Source of the DNA: Candidatus Aenigmatarchaeota archaeon
GTDB lineage: Archaea; Aenigmatarchaeota; Aenigmatarchaeia; PWEA01
Length of the DNA stretch: 32,000 bases
Direction: 5' to 3'
Assembly: GCA_046539325.1 (NCBI GenBank)
Contig: JBKHHD010000002.1
Span: forward strand, 30,426 to 62,425
Positions 16,807 to 25,480 of this stretch are shown piece by piece. Numbering within the stretch: position 1 is the first letter of the stretch; the number at the start of each line of letters is the position of its first letter. A program made the translations under genes and the position numbers. A model generated the notes under the pieces. The model did no database searches, was not told the DNA's origin, and saw nothing but the letters and a program-made list of their open reading frames with translations.

Positions 16807-18210
16807 ATGAAGAAGCTTCTTGGTCTGATCCTGGGGATAGCAGCGTTCATCGGGTTCTCGGAGACATCTTACGCGTATATCTCGGGATCAAATACTCGAG
16901 CTCATGTACTTATGAGTACCGGAGAAATAGTACTTTCTTCTATACTGTTATTTCTGGTAAACCTTTTGATAACGATTATAGTTATCTCAGTTCTCGTAAA
17001 GATGTTTTGCAAATGGAACACCAAGAAAATTATAGTACTTTCTCTGACAACAGCTACTGGTTTCTTATTTTTTGACCTTCTAACGTTTTTCTCATTGACG
17101 CGTTCCGGAATGGAAGGACATTCTATATCAATATTCTACCAGGTCTTCAGAACACTAATAGTTGTTGCAGTGGTTTACGGGTTAGAGAAGTTATATCTGA
17201 AGTTTACAGAAGACGGAGGAATAAAAAAGGCCTTGGTATTTGCAGTTTCAGCTGCATTTATCATTAACTCCGTAGCCTTCACTGGCCTATATTACTACGG
17301 GGGCATGGATACACTTCTTCCTGGTATACCTGAACCAAAAAATGGCAGGCGAGACAAATCAACAGCTACAACTGAAGATGTTCTTGTCATTGAAAACGAG
17401 GAAATCAGTCCTTCGCCGGTTAAAGCTAACGATGTCTTTGATTTTTCCTTCCATTTAACCAATATCAACAAAAGAGAAAAGGCAGAGAACGTTGAGGTCA
17501 GGTTATACGAGACAGATATGTGCGACCTGCATGACGACAGTGCTGAAGGATTAAGTGATGTTGTCATCTTTGAAGAGGCCACAAGAATGATAAAATGGAA
17601 CTTGAAAGCGCCTAATGAAGATGAACTCGGTCTGATGGAGGATACTTGTTCGCTTGAATACTACGTTAAGTATGATTTCGGGACCCAGGGCCATGCAGAT
17701 CTCTACGCCATGGATGAAAATGTTTCCGAGGACGATGAAATCGCTCAGGTTTCTCCTTCAACAGAAAAAGGTAAGGGTCCATTGAAAATAGAGATTGAAT
17801 TCGGTGGTCCACAACCTTTCAGAAAAGGAAGTACCATACCTTTCAAAGTAAGACTTAGAAACGTAGGCGAGGGTGTTGTAGAATACATAACACCAGAAGA
17901 CTTGATTATTAACATAAGCTATGACGATGATGAAAACCAGATAAATGAAAACTATCTGTATCAAGAGGACGAATGGGAAACGGGCTGCAGGCTTCCAGTT
18001 GGCGAGGTAGATGAAAACATACCGTTTATCGATGACACAAGTCCTCCTATAGCCTGCAGATTATACTTTCATGAAGGAAACGAAGACAAGGACTACGGAA
18101 CCTACTTCGAAGAGCCTCTGAGTGAATTCAACATAGAAGTAAGTGTAGAGAACTATACCTATAAGCTTACCAGTAAAAAATCTGTAGAAATTGAAACTTC
18201 TTCTAATTAG
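16807..18210 (+). CDS. Membrane protein: 5-6 TM N-domain plus ~290-aa outside domain with two CARDB-like beta modules
   Basis: TM-rich residues 1-165. Then FDFSFHLTNINKREKAENVEVRLYE and IPFKVRLRNVGEGVVEYI repeats, which read as CARDB-like. Confidence 0.65.
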   Translation: MKKLLGLILGIAAFIGFSETSYAYISGSNTRAHVLMSTGEIVLSSILLFLVNLLITIIVISVLVKMFCKWNTKKIIVLSLTTATGFLFFDLLTFFSLTRSGMEGHSISIFYQVFRTLIVVAVVYGLEKLYLKFTEDGGIKKALVFAVSAAFIINSVAFTGLYYYGGMDTLLPGIPEPKNGRRDKSTATTEDVLVIENEEISPSPVKANDVFDFSFHLTNINKREKAENVEVRLYETDMCDLHDDSAEGLSDVVIFEEATRMIKWNLKAPNEDELGLMEDTCSLEYYVKYDFGTQGHADLYAMDENVSEDDEIAQVSPSTEKGKGPLKIEIEFGGPQPFRKGSTIPFKVRLRNVGEGVVEYITPEDLIINISYDDDENQINENYLYQEDEWETGCRLPVGEVDENIPFIDDTSPPIACRLYFHEGNEDKDYGTYFEEPLSEFNIEVSVENYTYKLTSKKSVEIETSSN

Positions 18211-18302
18211 CAATTAACCCTATCAGGACTTGTTCTGGTTTCTATTTAAAATTTGAGACAGGACAGCATATTTTTAAGTTTGACTGGGTAAAAGGTTAGA
18301 AT

Positions 18303-19628
18303 ATGGTACTTGATAACCTTTCCGAGGGAATACAGAATGCAGTTGACAAGATCAGCGGCAAGAGTCTCGTGGACGAGGAAGTGATAAAGGAGGTGTGTAA
18401 GGACATACAACGCGCTCTGCTCCAGTCTGACGCAGACGTTGAGCTTGTCTTTGACCTCACGGAGTCGATAAAGAAGCGTGCTCTGAATGAAGAACCACCA
18501 GAAGGACTTACGGAGAAGGAGCACGTTGTAAACATTGTATACGAGGAGCTTGTGAAGTTTGTTGGTCAGGACGAGGCAAAGGTCTCTCTGGACAAAGGAA
18601 GGATACTTCTTATGGGTACCTTTGGCTCAGGAAAGACTACAACAAGCGGGAAGCTGGCGCGTTTTTACAAGAACCGTGGACTGAAGCCAGCCCTGGTTGC
18701 ATGCGATACCTACAGGGAGGCAGCTTACGACCAGCTGAAGCAGATAGGCGACAGGCTTGACGTGCCTGTATACGGCGATCCGGATGAGGAGGATTCAGCT
18801 AGGGTTCTGAAGGACGCACTTGAAGAGATAGAGGAAGAGGTAGTTATCGTGGACTCCTCTGGAAGGGACGCGCTGAACGAAGATATGATAGAGGAGATAA
18901 GTACCCTAAATGATATACTGGAGCCAGACGAAAGGTTCATTGTAATTCCTGCTGACATGGGACAGCAGGCAGGAAAACAGGCTAGAAGATTTCAGGAGGA
19001 ACTGGATATAACTGGCGTGGTGGTTACGAAGATGGACGGTACGGCCAAAGGTGGTGGCGCTCTTTCTGCATGTGCCGCTACAGGTGCAAGCGTGAAGTTC
19101 ATAGGTACCGGAGAGGAGATGAAGGATCTGGAGAAGTACGATCCGGAGCGATTTGTCTCGCAGCTTATCGGCTACGGTGACCTGGAGGGTCTTCTGGAGA
19201 GAGTCGATGAAGAAGAAGCGGCGGAGCAGGCCAAAAAGATGATGGAAGGTGAGTTTACGTTAGAGGACTTCCAGAGCCAGATGGAGCAGGTCCAGTCCAT
19301 GGGCTCTCTGGACGAAGTTATGGGCAAGATTCCAGGGATAAGCAAATCAAAGCTTCCGGATGGGTTGATAGATATGCAGGAGGAGAAGATGGAGCTATAC
19401 AACTATATAATAGATTCTATGACGCCTGAAGAAAAGAAGGATCCCAAGGTCATAGGCTCTTCGAGGAAGAGGAGGATAGCCAAAGGTTCCGGGACGGAGG
19501 TTGAGAACGTCTCCGAGCTCATCAAGCTGTACAGGCAGTCGAAGAAGGCCATGAAGATGTTCAAAGGCGGAAGAGGCGGAATGAAGGGTAATCTGAAAAA
19601 GATGATGAAGCAGTTCGGCGGATTCTGA
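18303..19628 (+). CDS. srp54: Signal recognition particle protein SRP54
   Basis: GTFGSGKTTTSGKLARFY, DTYREAA, VVVTKMDGTAKGGGALS, and a Met-rich M domain. Confidence 0.95.
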   Translation: MVLDNLSEGIQNAVDKISGKSLVDEEVIKEVCKDIQRALLQSDADVELVFDLTESIKKRALNEEPPEGLTEKEHVVNIVYEELVKFVGQDEAKVSLDKGRILLMGTFGSGKTTTSGKLARFYKNRGLKPALVACDTYREAAYDQLKQIGDRLDVPVYGDPDEEDSARVLKDALEEIEEEVVIVDSSGRDALNEDMIEEISTLNDILEPDERFIVIPADMGQQAGKQARRFQEELDITGVVVTKMDGTAKGGGALSACAATGASVKFIGTGEEMKDLEKYDPERFVSQLIGYGDLEGLLERVDEEEAAEQAKKMMEGEFTLEDFQSQMEQVQSMGSLDEVMGKIPGISKSKLPDGLIDMQEEKMELYNYIIDSMTPEEKKDPKVIGSSRKRRIAKGSGTEVENVSELIKLYRQSKKAMKMFKGGRGGMKGNLKKMMKQFGGF

Positions 19629-19648
19629 TCCAGAGAAGTTTCTGTGTT

Positions 19649-20269
19649 CTAAAACGAAAGAGCTTCTAAAGGAACAGTTTGACCTCCAGCAGATGCGGAA
19701 GACTCTATTCCTCCTAACCAGAAAAGCGGTATGAAAACAATTAAGACAACTACTAATCCCAGTAATACAGTACCTAATATAACTGAAGCCGCTGCTTTTC
19801 CGGTGCTCATTCCATGCATCTTCTCTATGCCCCTTGCTTCCGCATATATAATGTAGATAAAAACAAGAAGGTTTAAGATCGGTATCCATCCAAAAAGAGC
19901 ATTTATAGCAGTCGGGTAGGAAACAGCTTCTGTAGTTTTCTGATACCCATCAAATCCAAACAGCTTTACAAAGACATGGATAAATCCTGACTGTAACAGT
20001 AAGCCAAGGGTCCCGCTGATCACGCCAACTAAAAGAAGGTAAAAAAGGCTTTCAAGCACTGATACACCCGGCATCGGTTTGGTCCCAATGCCAGCCATTA
20101 TTTGAATCTCCTGTGAAACAAAGACAAGGAGTGATAGAACTATGCCGGATGTAACCGCGAATTTGATTGGATAACTGTAGTTCCCTCTTTGTTCAACATC
20201 TTCGTAGAAGTCCACGGGACTTAAAACAATTTTCTTGGCCTGTTCAGCCCACTCCTTGAGCCAGTTCAT
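19649..20269 (-). CDS. Yip1-domain membrane protein
   Basis: N-terminus LSPVDFYEDVEQRGNYSYPIKFAVTSGIVLSLL followed by 5 TM segments. Family call is from memory. Confidence 0.6.
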   Translation of the reverse strand: MNWLKEWAEQAKKIVLSPVDFYEDVEQRGNYSYPIKFAVTSGIVLSLLVFVSQEIQIMAGIGTKPMPGVSVLESLFYLLLVGVISGTLGLLLQSGFIHVFVKLFGFDGYQKTTEAVSYPTAINALFGWIPILNLLVFIYIIYAEARGIEKMHGMSTGKAAASVILGTVLLGLVVVLIVFIPLFWLGGIESSASAGGQTVPLEALSF

Positions 20270-20321
20270 AGTTGGTATTAGTAAAAAGAGATTTAAAAGC
20301 TTGGAGTCTTAGAGGTAAGCT

Positions 20322-20888
20322 ATGCGAATACTGTTGATAGGCGATATGCATATTCCGGAAGAAGCTGAGGAGATTCCAGACGAGTTCTTGGAAGAAGCAG
20401 AGAGCTGCGACCTTATAATATGTACAGGCGATTTGACAGAAAATATGGTTCTTGATGAGCTGTTTGAGAGGGCAAAGGTAAGAGCCGTCAAAGGAGAAAA
20501 GGACTACATAGATCTTCCTGAGCAAGACCTTGTGACTATAGAAGAAATGAAGTTCGGCGTTGTTCACGGTCATCAGATCGATGAAGTTATCGACAGCGAG
20601 AACGAGAAGATGGAGGACGAAAGAGATAGAAGCTGCGAGGCAAGTGAAGAAGAAGGCAAGGACAGCGACGGAAAAGGACATGCGGAAAAGCTCATGGAGT
20701 TCGCAGATCTGTTGAAGGCAAACGTTCTGGTTACAGGTCATACACACAAGCCTTTCAGAACAGAAAAGAGCGGAACTGTCCTTCTAAACCCTGGAAGTGC
20801 TACAGGCGTTGGCGGCGGAAAAAGAACCTGTATGGTCGTTGAAGTGGAGGGCACGGATCTGAGGGAATGTGAAATTCTTACAGCGTAA
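20322..20888 (+). CDS. Metallophosphoesterase, MJ0936/YfcE family, with acidic insertion
   Basis: GDMHIP, GDL, VVHGHQ, VTGHTHKPF, LNPGSATG. About 40 aa of D/E/K-rich insert lie between the GH and GHTH motifs. Confidence 0.85.
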   Translation: MRILLIGDMHIPEEAEEIPDEFLEEAESCDLIICTGDLTENMVLDELFERAKVRAVKGEKDYIDLPEQDLVTIEEMKFGVVHGHQIDEVIDSENEKMEDERDRSCEASEEEGKDSDGKGHAEKLMEFADLLKANVLVTGHTHKPFRTEKSGTVLLNPGSATGVGGGKRTCMVVEVEGTDLRECEILTA

Positions 20889-20941
20889 CTGAGGACGAGA
20901 AACACTTTTATATTTTGCTCCAGAACTTAGTTTTGGTAGAG

Positions 20942-21559
20942 ATGTTGGAGAGATTAAAGAGGTTACTGTCCGGCCTTTTCGGCGACAAAAATCAGATAAA
21001 GCTTGGTATATACGGTCCACCGAACACAGGAAAGACTACACTCGCAAACAGAATTTCTGAGGAGTTCACAGGCGAAGAGATGGGTAGTGCTTCTGAAGTT
21101 CCGCATGAGACAAGGGCTGTCCAGAAGAAGGAGAAGGTGAACCTGCAGACGGATGGAAAAGAGATATCGATGAACCTCCTGGACATGCCAGGTATTTCTA
21201 CGAAGGTCGACTACAATGATTTCGTTGACCATGGAATAGATGAAGACGAAGCGAAGGTCAGGAGCAAAGAAGCAACGAAAGGTGTAGTCGAAGCCATAAA
21301 GTGGTTGGACAAGGTCGACGCTGTTCTAGTTGTCTTTGATTCTACGGATGATCCTTATACGCAGGTCAATGTAACCATTCTCGGAAATCTCGAGGCAAAG
21401 GACATCCCAATAATACTTGTAGCGAACAAAACAGACCTCGATGAGGCAGATCCAGAAAGCATACAGGACGCGTTCCCACAGTACAACTTCACGCAGATTT
21501 CTGCCAAGGAGAAGGACAACCTCGACGATCTGTACAAGGAGATAGTTGAAAACGTCTAA
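20942..21559 (+). CDS. Small GTP-binding protein (P-loop GTPase)
   Basis: G1 GPPNTGKTT, G3 DMPG, G4 NKTD. ATG 20942 lies 30 nt downstream of CTTTTATATTTT, so it is preferred over track TTG 20915. Confidence 0.85.
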   Translation: MLERLKRLLSGLFGDKNQIKLGIYGPPNTGKTTLANRISEEFTGEEMGSASEVPHETRAVQKKEKVNLQTDGKEISMNLLDMPGISTKVDYNDFVDHGIDEDEAKVRSKEATKGVVEAIKWLDKVDAVLVVFDSTDDPYTQVNVTILGNLEAKDIPIILVANKTDLDEADPESIQDAFPQYNFTQISAKEKDNLDDLYKEIVENV

Positions 21560-21569
21560 GGTGCTTTAG

Positions 21570-21953
21570 ATGGCCAAGAAAAAGAAGGAAAAGAAGGGTG
21601 GAGTAAAGATAGAGTTTCTTTCAAGGTTGAGGCTCCAGGAGAAGGCCTTTGAAGATAAGCTCGACATGATAATGGACGGCGTCAAGGACGAAAACATCTT
21701 GGTTCTGGAAGAAGCTTTGAGTCCACAGGAAAAAACGCAGCTTATAGAGAAGTCGATGGAAGAGTGCGACGAAGATTTTCCTGGCATAGAGTTCTCAGGA
21801 TTCGATGCCAGGGAGAACTGGATTGAGAAAATTTTAGGTACTATAACAGGCAAACCTCAGAAGGACGGCCTGCTTATCGTTGGTTCTTCCGACGTGATGG
21901 AGAAAGTGGAGGAAGACAAAGACGCTATTTCAATGATAGCCAAGCTGGAGTGA
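21570..21953 (+). CDS. DUF2073-like conserved archaeal protein
   Basis: 127 aa. Its position between the GTPase and the Zn-ribbon protein matches a gene triad I recall as conserved in archaea. Needs an HMM check. Confidence 0.55.
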   Translation: MAKKKKEKKGGVKIEFLSRLRLQEKAFEDKLDMIMDGVKDENILVLEEALSPQEKTQLIEKSMEECDEDFPGIEFSGFDARENWIEKILGTITGKPQKDGLLIVGSSDVMEKVEEDKDAISMIAKLE

Positions 21954-21957
21954 TCTG

Positions 21958-22350
21958 ATGCCACACAAGTGCTTGAACTGCGGGAAGACACTCGAGGAAG
22001 ATTCGGACGAGCTTATGGAAGGCTGTAGTAACTGCGGCCAGAAGCTGTTCGTTTTCGAAGGCGATAAGGACATAAGTGATAGTGAAAGAGACTCTATAGT
22101 TCAGGACGTGGAGGAGTTCATGGACAACCTTGAAGAGGAAGAAGAAGCAAAGAAGAGGCTTCAGGAAGCGATGGAGTTCGACCTCGAATCGATAAAGGTA
22201 GAGGAACCAGGCGTTTACGAGATAAACCTGAGGAAGCTTCTTGAGGAGATTCCACTTATTGTGGAGATGAAGGAAGGCGAGTACTACATATACCTACCTT
22301 CTGCCTTCAGTAAGGATAGGAAGAACATACGTATAGACGACCTGGTTTAA
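21958..22350 (+). CDS. Zn-ribbon protein (DUF2072-like)
   Basis: N-terminal CLNCGK...CSNCGQ (CxxC-x16-CxxC) followed by an acidic linker. Confidence 0.65.
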   Translation: MPHKCLNCGKTLEEDSDELMEGCSNCGQKLFVFEGDKDISDSERDSIVQDVEEFMDNLEEEEEAKKRLQEAMEFDLESIKVEEPGVYEINLRKLLEEIPLIVEMKEGEYYIYLPSAFSKDRKNIRIDDLV

Positions 22351-22399
22351 GGAACTCCGGTACTAGCTTATTTAATTGTTGAAACCAAAGATATTTTCT

Positions 22400-23677
22400 A
22401 TGAAATTTGAAAGTTTGAAGGGTTTCCGGGACTTTTTGCCCGAGGAGATGGTTGCAAGAAGGGAGGTCTTCGATAGAGTTGAGAATGTTGTAGGGAAGTT
22501 CGGCTTCAGGGAGATAGATCTTCCTTCCCTGGAAAAAAGGAAGCTGTTCGAGGTGAAGAGCGGGGAAGAGCTAGTTGACCAGACATACAGCTTCAAGGAC
22601 AAGGGCGAAAGGAATGTAACCTTGATTCCTGAGCAGACTCCGTCCCGAGCCAGACTGTTAGCGCAGGAGAAGTCGTTGAACCGGCCCGTGAAGTGGTACT
22701 CCACATCGAAGCGCTGGCGCTACGAGCAGACGCAGAAGGGAAGGCTGAGGGAGTTCTATCAAACGGATATAGACATCTTCGGCGCGAACAGCGTGGAGGC
22801 AGACGCGGAAATACTTGCAGTCCTGGTCGAGATTATGGACGAGCTGGAGGTATTGGACGCTGTGGACGTTCTCGTAAACGACAGAAACCTTATGGAAGAG
22901 GTACTGGAAGAAGAAGGCACCGAAGAGAAGAGAAAGGTCATGGAAATTATAGACGACAAGGAGAAGATGAAAAGAGAAGAGTTTATGGAAGAGCTGATGG
23001 ACATCGGACTTGGCAAGGAGGAAAGTGAGAGGATAGAGGAGCTCACCTCTATCAGCGGGCCGATTGGACAGAAGCTGGGGGAGGTAGAAGAGCTTGTATC
23101 AGAGGATAACAAAGCTCTGGAGAGGATGATGGAGCTGAAGGAAATTCTCAAGAGCTACGGTGTTCTTGACAAGGTAAAGCTGGACATGTCGATAGTCCGC
23201 GGCTTGGACTACTACACAGGCCTCGTGTTCGAAGTTTTTGATAAGAAAGGTGAGCTGCGCGCTATATGCGGCGGTGGTAGGTACGACGAGCTTGTTGAGC
23301 TTTTCGGCGGTGAAAGTGTTCCTGCAGTTGGCTTCGCGATAGGGGACGCGGTTATCGAGGAGCTTATGAGAAGAGAAGATGTTTGGCCTGAGGAAGAGCT
23401 AGAAACGGACGTGTACGTGCTTCCTGTATCTGATGAAATCCGCGAGGAAGCTACGGACATTGTCAGAAAGTTGAGGGACGAAGAGCTGATTGTTGAAACC
23501 GACCTCAAGAACAGGAACGTTTCGGCGCAGCTGAACTACGCTAATTCGATAGGCGCAGACAAGGTAATTATAGTTGGTGAAAGGGACCTGAAAGAAGGTA
23601 AGGTAACAGTAAAAGACATGGAGTCGGGAGACGAAAAACTAATAAGTTTGGAGGAAGTAGTTGAGAAAGTCAAATAA
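22400..23677 (+). CDS. hisS: Histidine--tRNA ligase
   Basis: GFRDFLPEE, LIPEQTPSRARL, RYEQTQKGRLREFYQTDIDIFG (motif 2) and GGGRYDEL (motif 3). ATG 22400 lies ~25 nt downstream of GCTTATTTAATTG. Confidence 0.95.
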   Translation: MKFESLKGFRDFLPEEMVARREVFDRVENVVGKFGFREIDLPSLEKRKLFEVKSGEELVDQTYSFKDKGERNVTLIPEQTPSRARLLAQEKSLNRPVKWYSTSKRWRYEQTQKGRLREFYQTDIDIFGANSVEADAEILAVLVEIMDELEVLDAVDVLVNDRNLMEEVLEEEGTEEKRKVMEIIDDKEKMKREEFMEELMDIGLGKEESERIEELTSISGPIGQKLGEVEELVSEDNKALERMMELKEILKSYGVLDKVKLDMSIVRGLDYYTGLVFEVFDKKGELRAICGGGRYDELVELFGGESVPAVGFAIGDAVIEELMRREDVWPEEELETDVYVLPVSDEIREEATDIVRKLRDEELIVETDLKNRNVSAQLNYANSIGADKVIIVGERDLKEGKVTVKDMESGDEKLISLEEVVEKVK

Positions 23678-23682
23678 CGTGT

Positions 23683-23756
23683 GGCCGGGATGGTGTAGCG
23701 GTTTAGCACGAGGGCCTGTGGAGCCCTTAGCCCGGGTTCGAATCTCGGTCCCGGCC
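23683..23756 (+). tRNA. tRNA-His (anticodon GTG) with genome-encoded G-1
   Basis: G-1 at 23683. Acceptor GCCGGGA/TCCCGGC. D-arm GTGT..GCAC. Anticodon arm AGGGC-CTGTGGA-GCCCT. T-arm CCGGG-TTCGAAT-CTCGG. Discriminator C pairs with G-1. No encoded CCA. Confidence 0.95.
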
Positions 23757-23824
23757 CTTTTTCTTGACCTTTAAATAGTTCCAATGTTAATCTAGAGCTG
23801 CGCGGTTTTTGGTGGGGTTGCCGT

Positions 23825-23836
23825 AAGATATTTAAA
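23825..23836 (+). promoter_or_regulatory. Candidate rRNA operon promoter (TATA box)
   Basis: AAGATATTTAAA lies ~215 nt upstream of the 16S 5' end. A second TTTAAATA occurs at 23770-23777. Confidence 0.45.
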
Positions 23837-25480
23837 CCTCACTCTGAATTACTTTACGCTGTTAAGGCGTGCCGGCGTAGTTGAGCCTTGGACGTTCTGA
23901 CGTCCAGCGATGACCAAAATTCCAGGCACGAACAAATGATGAGGAAGGGAGTTCAATCTCTTCTGATGTAGGAAACCCGAGAATGAAACCGAGAGGTTTC
24001 AGTAGCCAAATGTAGTTGGTGTGACGCGAGGACTAGTTTACTCTCTTACCAATTCCGGTTGATCCTGCCGGAGGCTACCGCTATCGGGATTCGATTTAGC
24101 CATGCGAGCCGAGGGTGGTTTATCCGCCCGGCGGACTGCTCAGTAACACGTAGTCAACCTCCCCTCAGGACGAGTATAACCCCGGGAAACTGGGACTAAT
24201 ACTCGATAGGAAAGGGATACTGGAATGTTCCCTTTCTGAAATGTTCCGACGCCTGAGGATGGGACTGCGGTGGATTAGGTCGTTGGGGGTGTAACGGACC
24301 TCCAAGCCTATAATCCATACGGGCGTTGAGAGACGGAGCCCGGAGACGGACTCTGAGACACGAGTCCGGGCCCTACGGGGCGCAGCAGGCACGAAACTTT
24401 TACAATGCGTGAAAGCGCGATAAAGGGATCCCGAGCGCCTTGGCATTGCCAAGGCTTTTTTGGAGTGTAAAAAGCTCCACGAATAAGGGGTGGGAAAAAC
24501 GGGTGCCAGCCGCCGCGGTAATACCCGTGCCCCAAGTGGTGACCACGATTATTGGGCCTAAAGCGTCCGTAGCCGGCCGGATGGGTCCTCAGTGAAATCC
24601 TGCGCTAAAACGTAGGACTTGCCGGGGAAACTATTCGGCTTGGGACCGGGAGAGGTCGGGGCTATTCCTGGGGTAGCGGTAAAATGCTGTAATCCCAGGA
24701 AGAGCGCCTGTGGCGAAAGCGCCCGGCTGGAACGGCTCCGACGGTGAGGGACGAAAGCCAGGGTAGCGAAGGGGATTAGATACCCCCGTAGTCCAGGCCG
24801 TTAACGATGCCCGTTTGGTGTAGCATCTCCTACGTGGAGGCGCTGTGCCGTAGCGTAGGTGTTAAGCGGGCCGCCTGGGGAGTACGTCCGCAAGGATGAA
24901 ACTTAAGGGAATTGGCGGGGAAGCACCACAAGCGGTGGAGGCTGCGGTTTAATTGGATTCAACGCCAGGAACGTTACCAGCGCTGACAGCATGATGACGG
25001 TCCGCTTGAAGAGCGTACCTGAAGCGCTGAGAGGTGTTGCATGGCCATCGTCAGCTCGTACTGTGAAGCGTCCGGTTAAGTCCGGTAACGAGCAAGACCC
25101 ACATCCCTAGTTGCTATCGTGTCCTTCGGGACGCGAGCACTCTAGGGAGACCGCCTCCGACAAGGGGGAGGAAGGTGTGGGCGACGGTAGGTCTGTATGG
25201 CCCGAATGCGCTGGGCTACACGCGGCCTACAATGGTCGGGGCAGCGGGTTGCGACTCCGAGAGGAGGAGCTAATCCCAAAACCCGGCCTTAGTTCGAATC
25301 GAGGGCTGAAACCCGCCCTCGTGAAGCCGGAATCGCTAGTAAGCGAGGGTCACTATCTCTCGCTGAATACGTCCCTGCTTCTTACACACACCGCCCGTCA
25401 AGCCATCCGAGTGGAGCCTTGATGAGGCTTGGGAAATTTTCTCAGGTCTAATCAGGGCTCCGCAAGGAGGGCTAAGTCGT

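Noticed and set aside
19395-20747. Minus-strand ORFs 19395..19889 and 20244..20747
   Set aside because: They overlap the srp54 3' end plus the Yip1 gene, and the phosphodiesterase gene, respectively. They are Cys/His/Phe-rich shadow frames without motifs.
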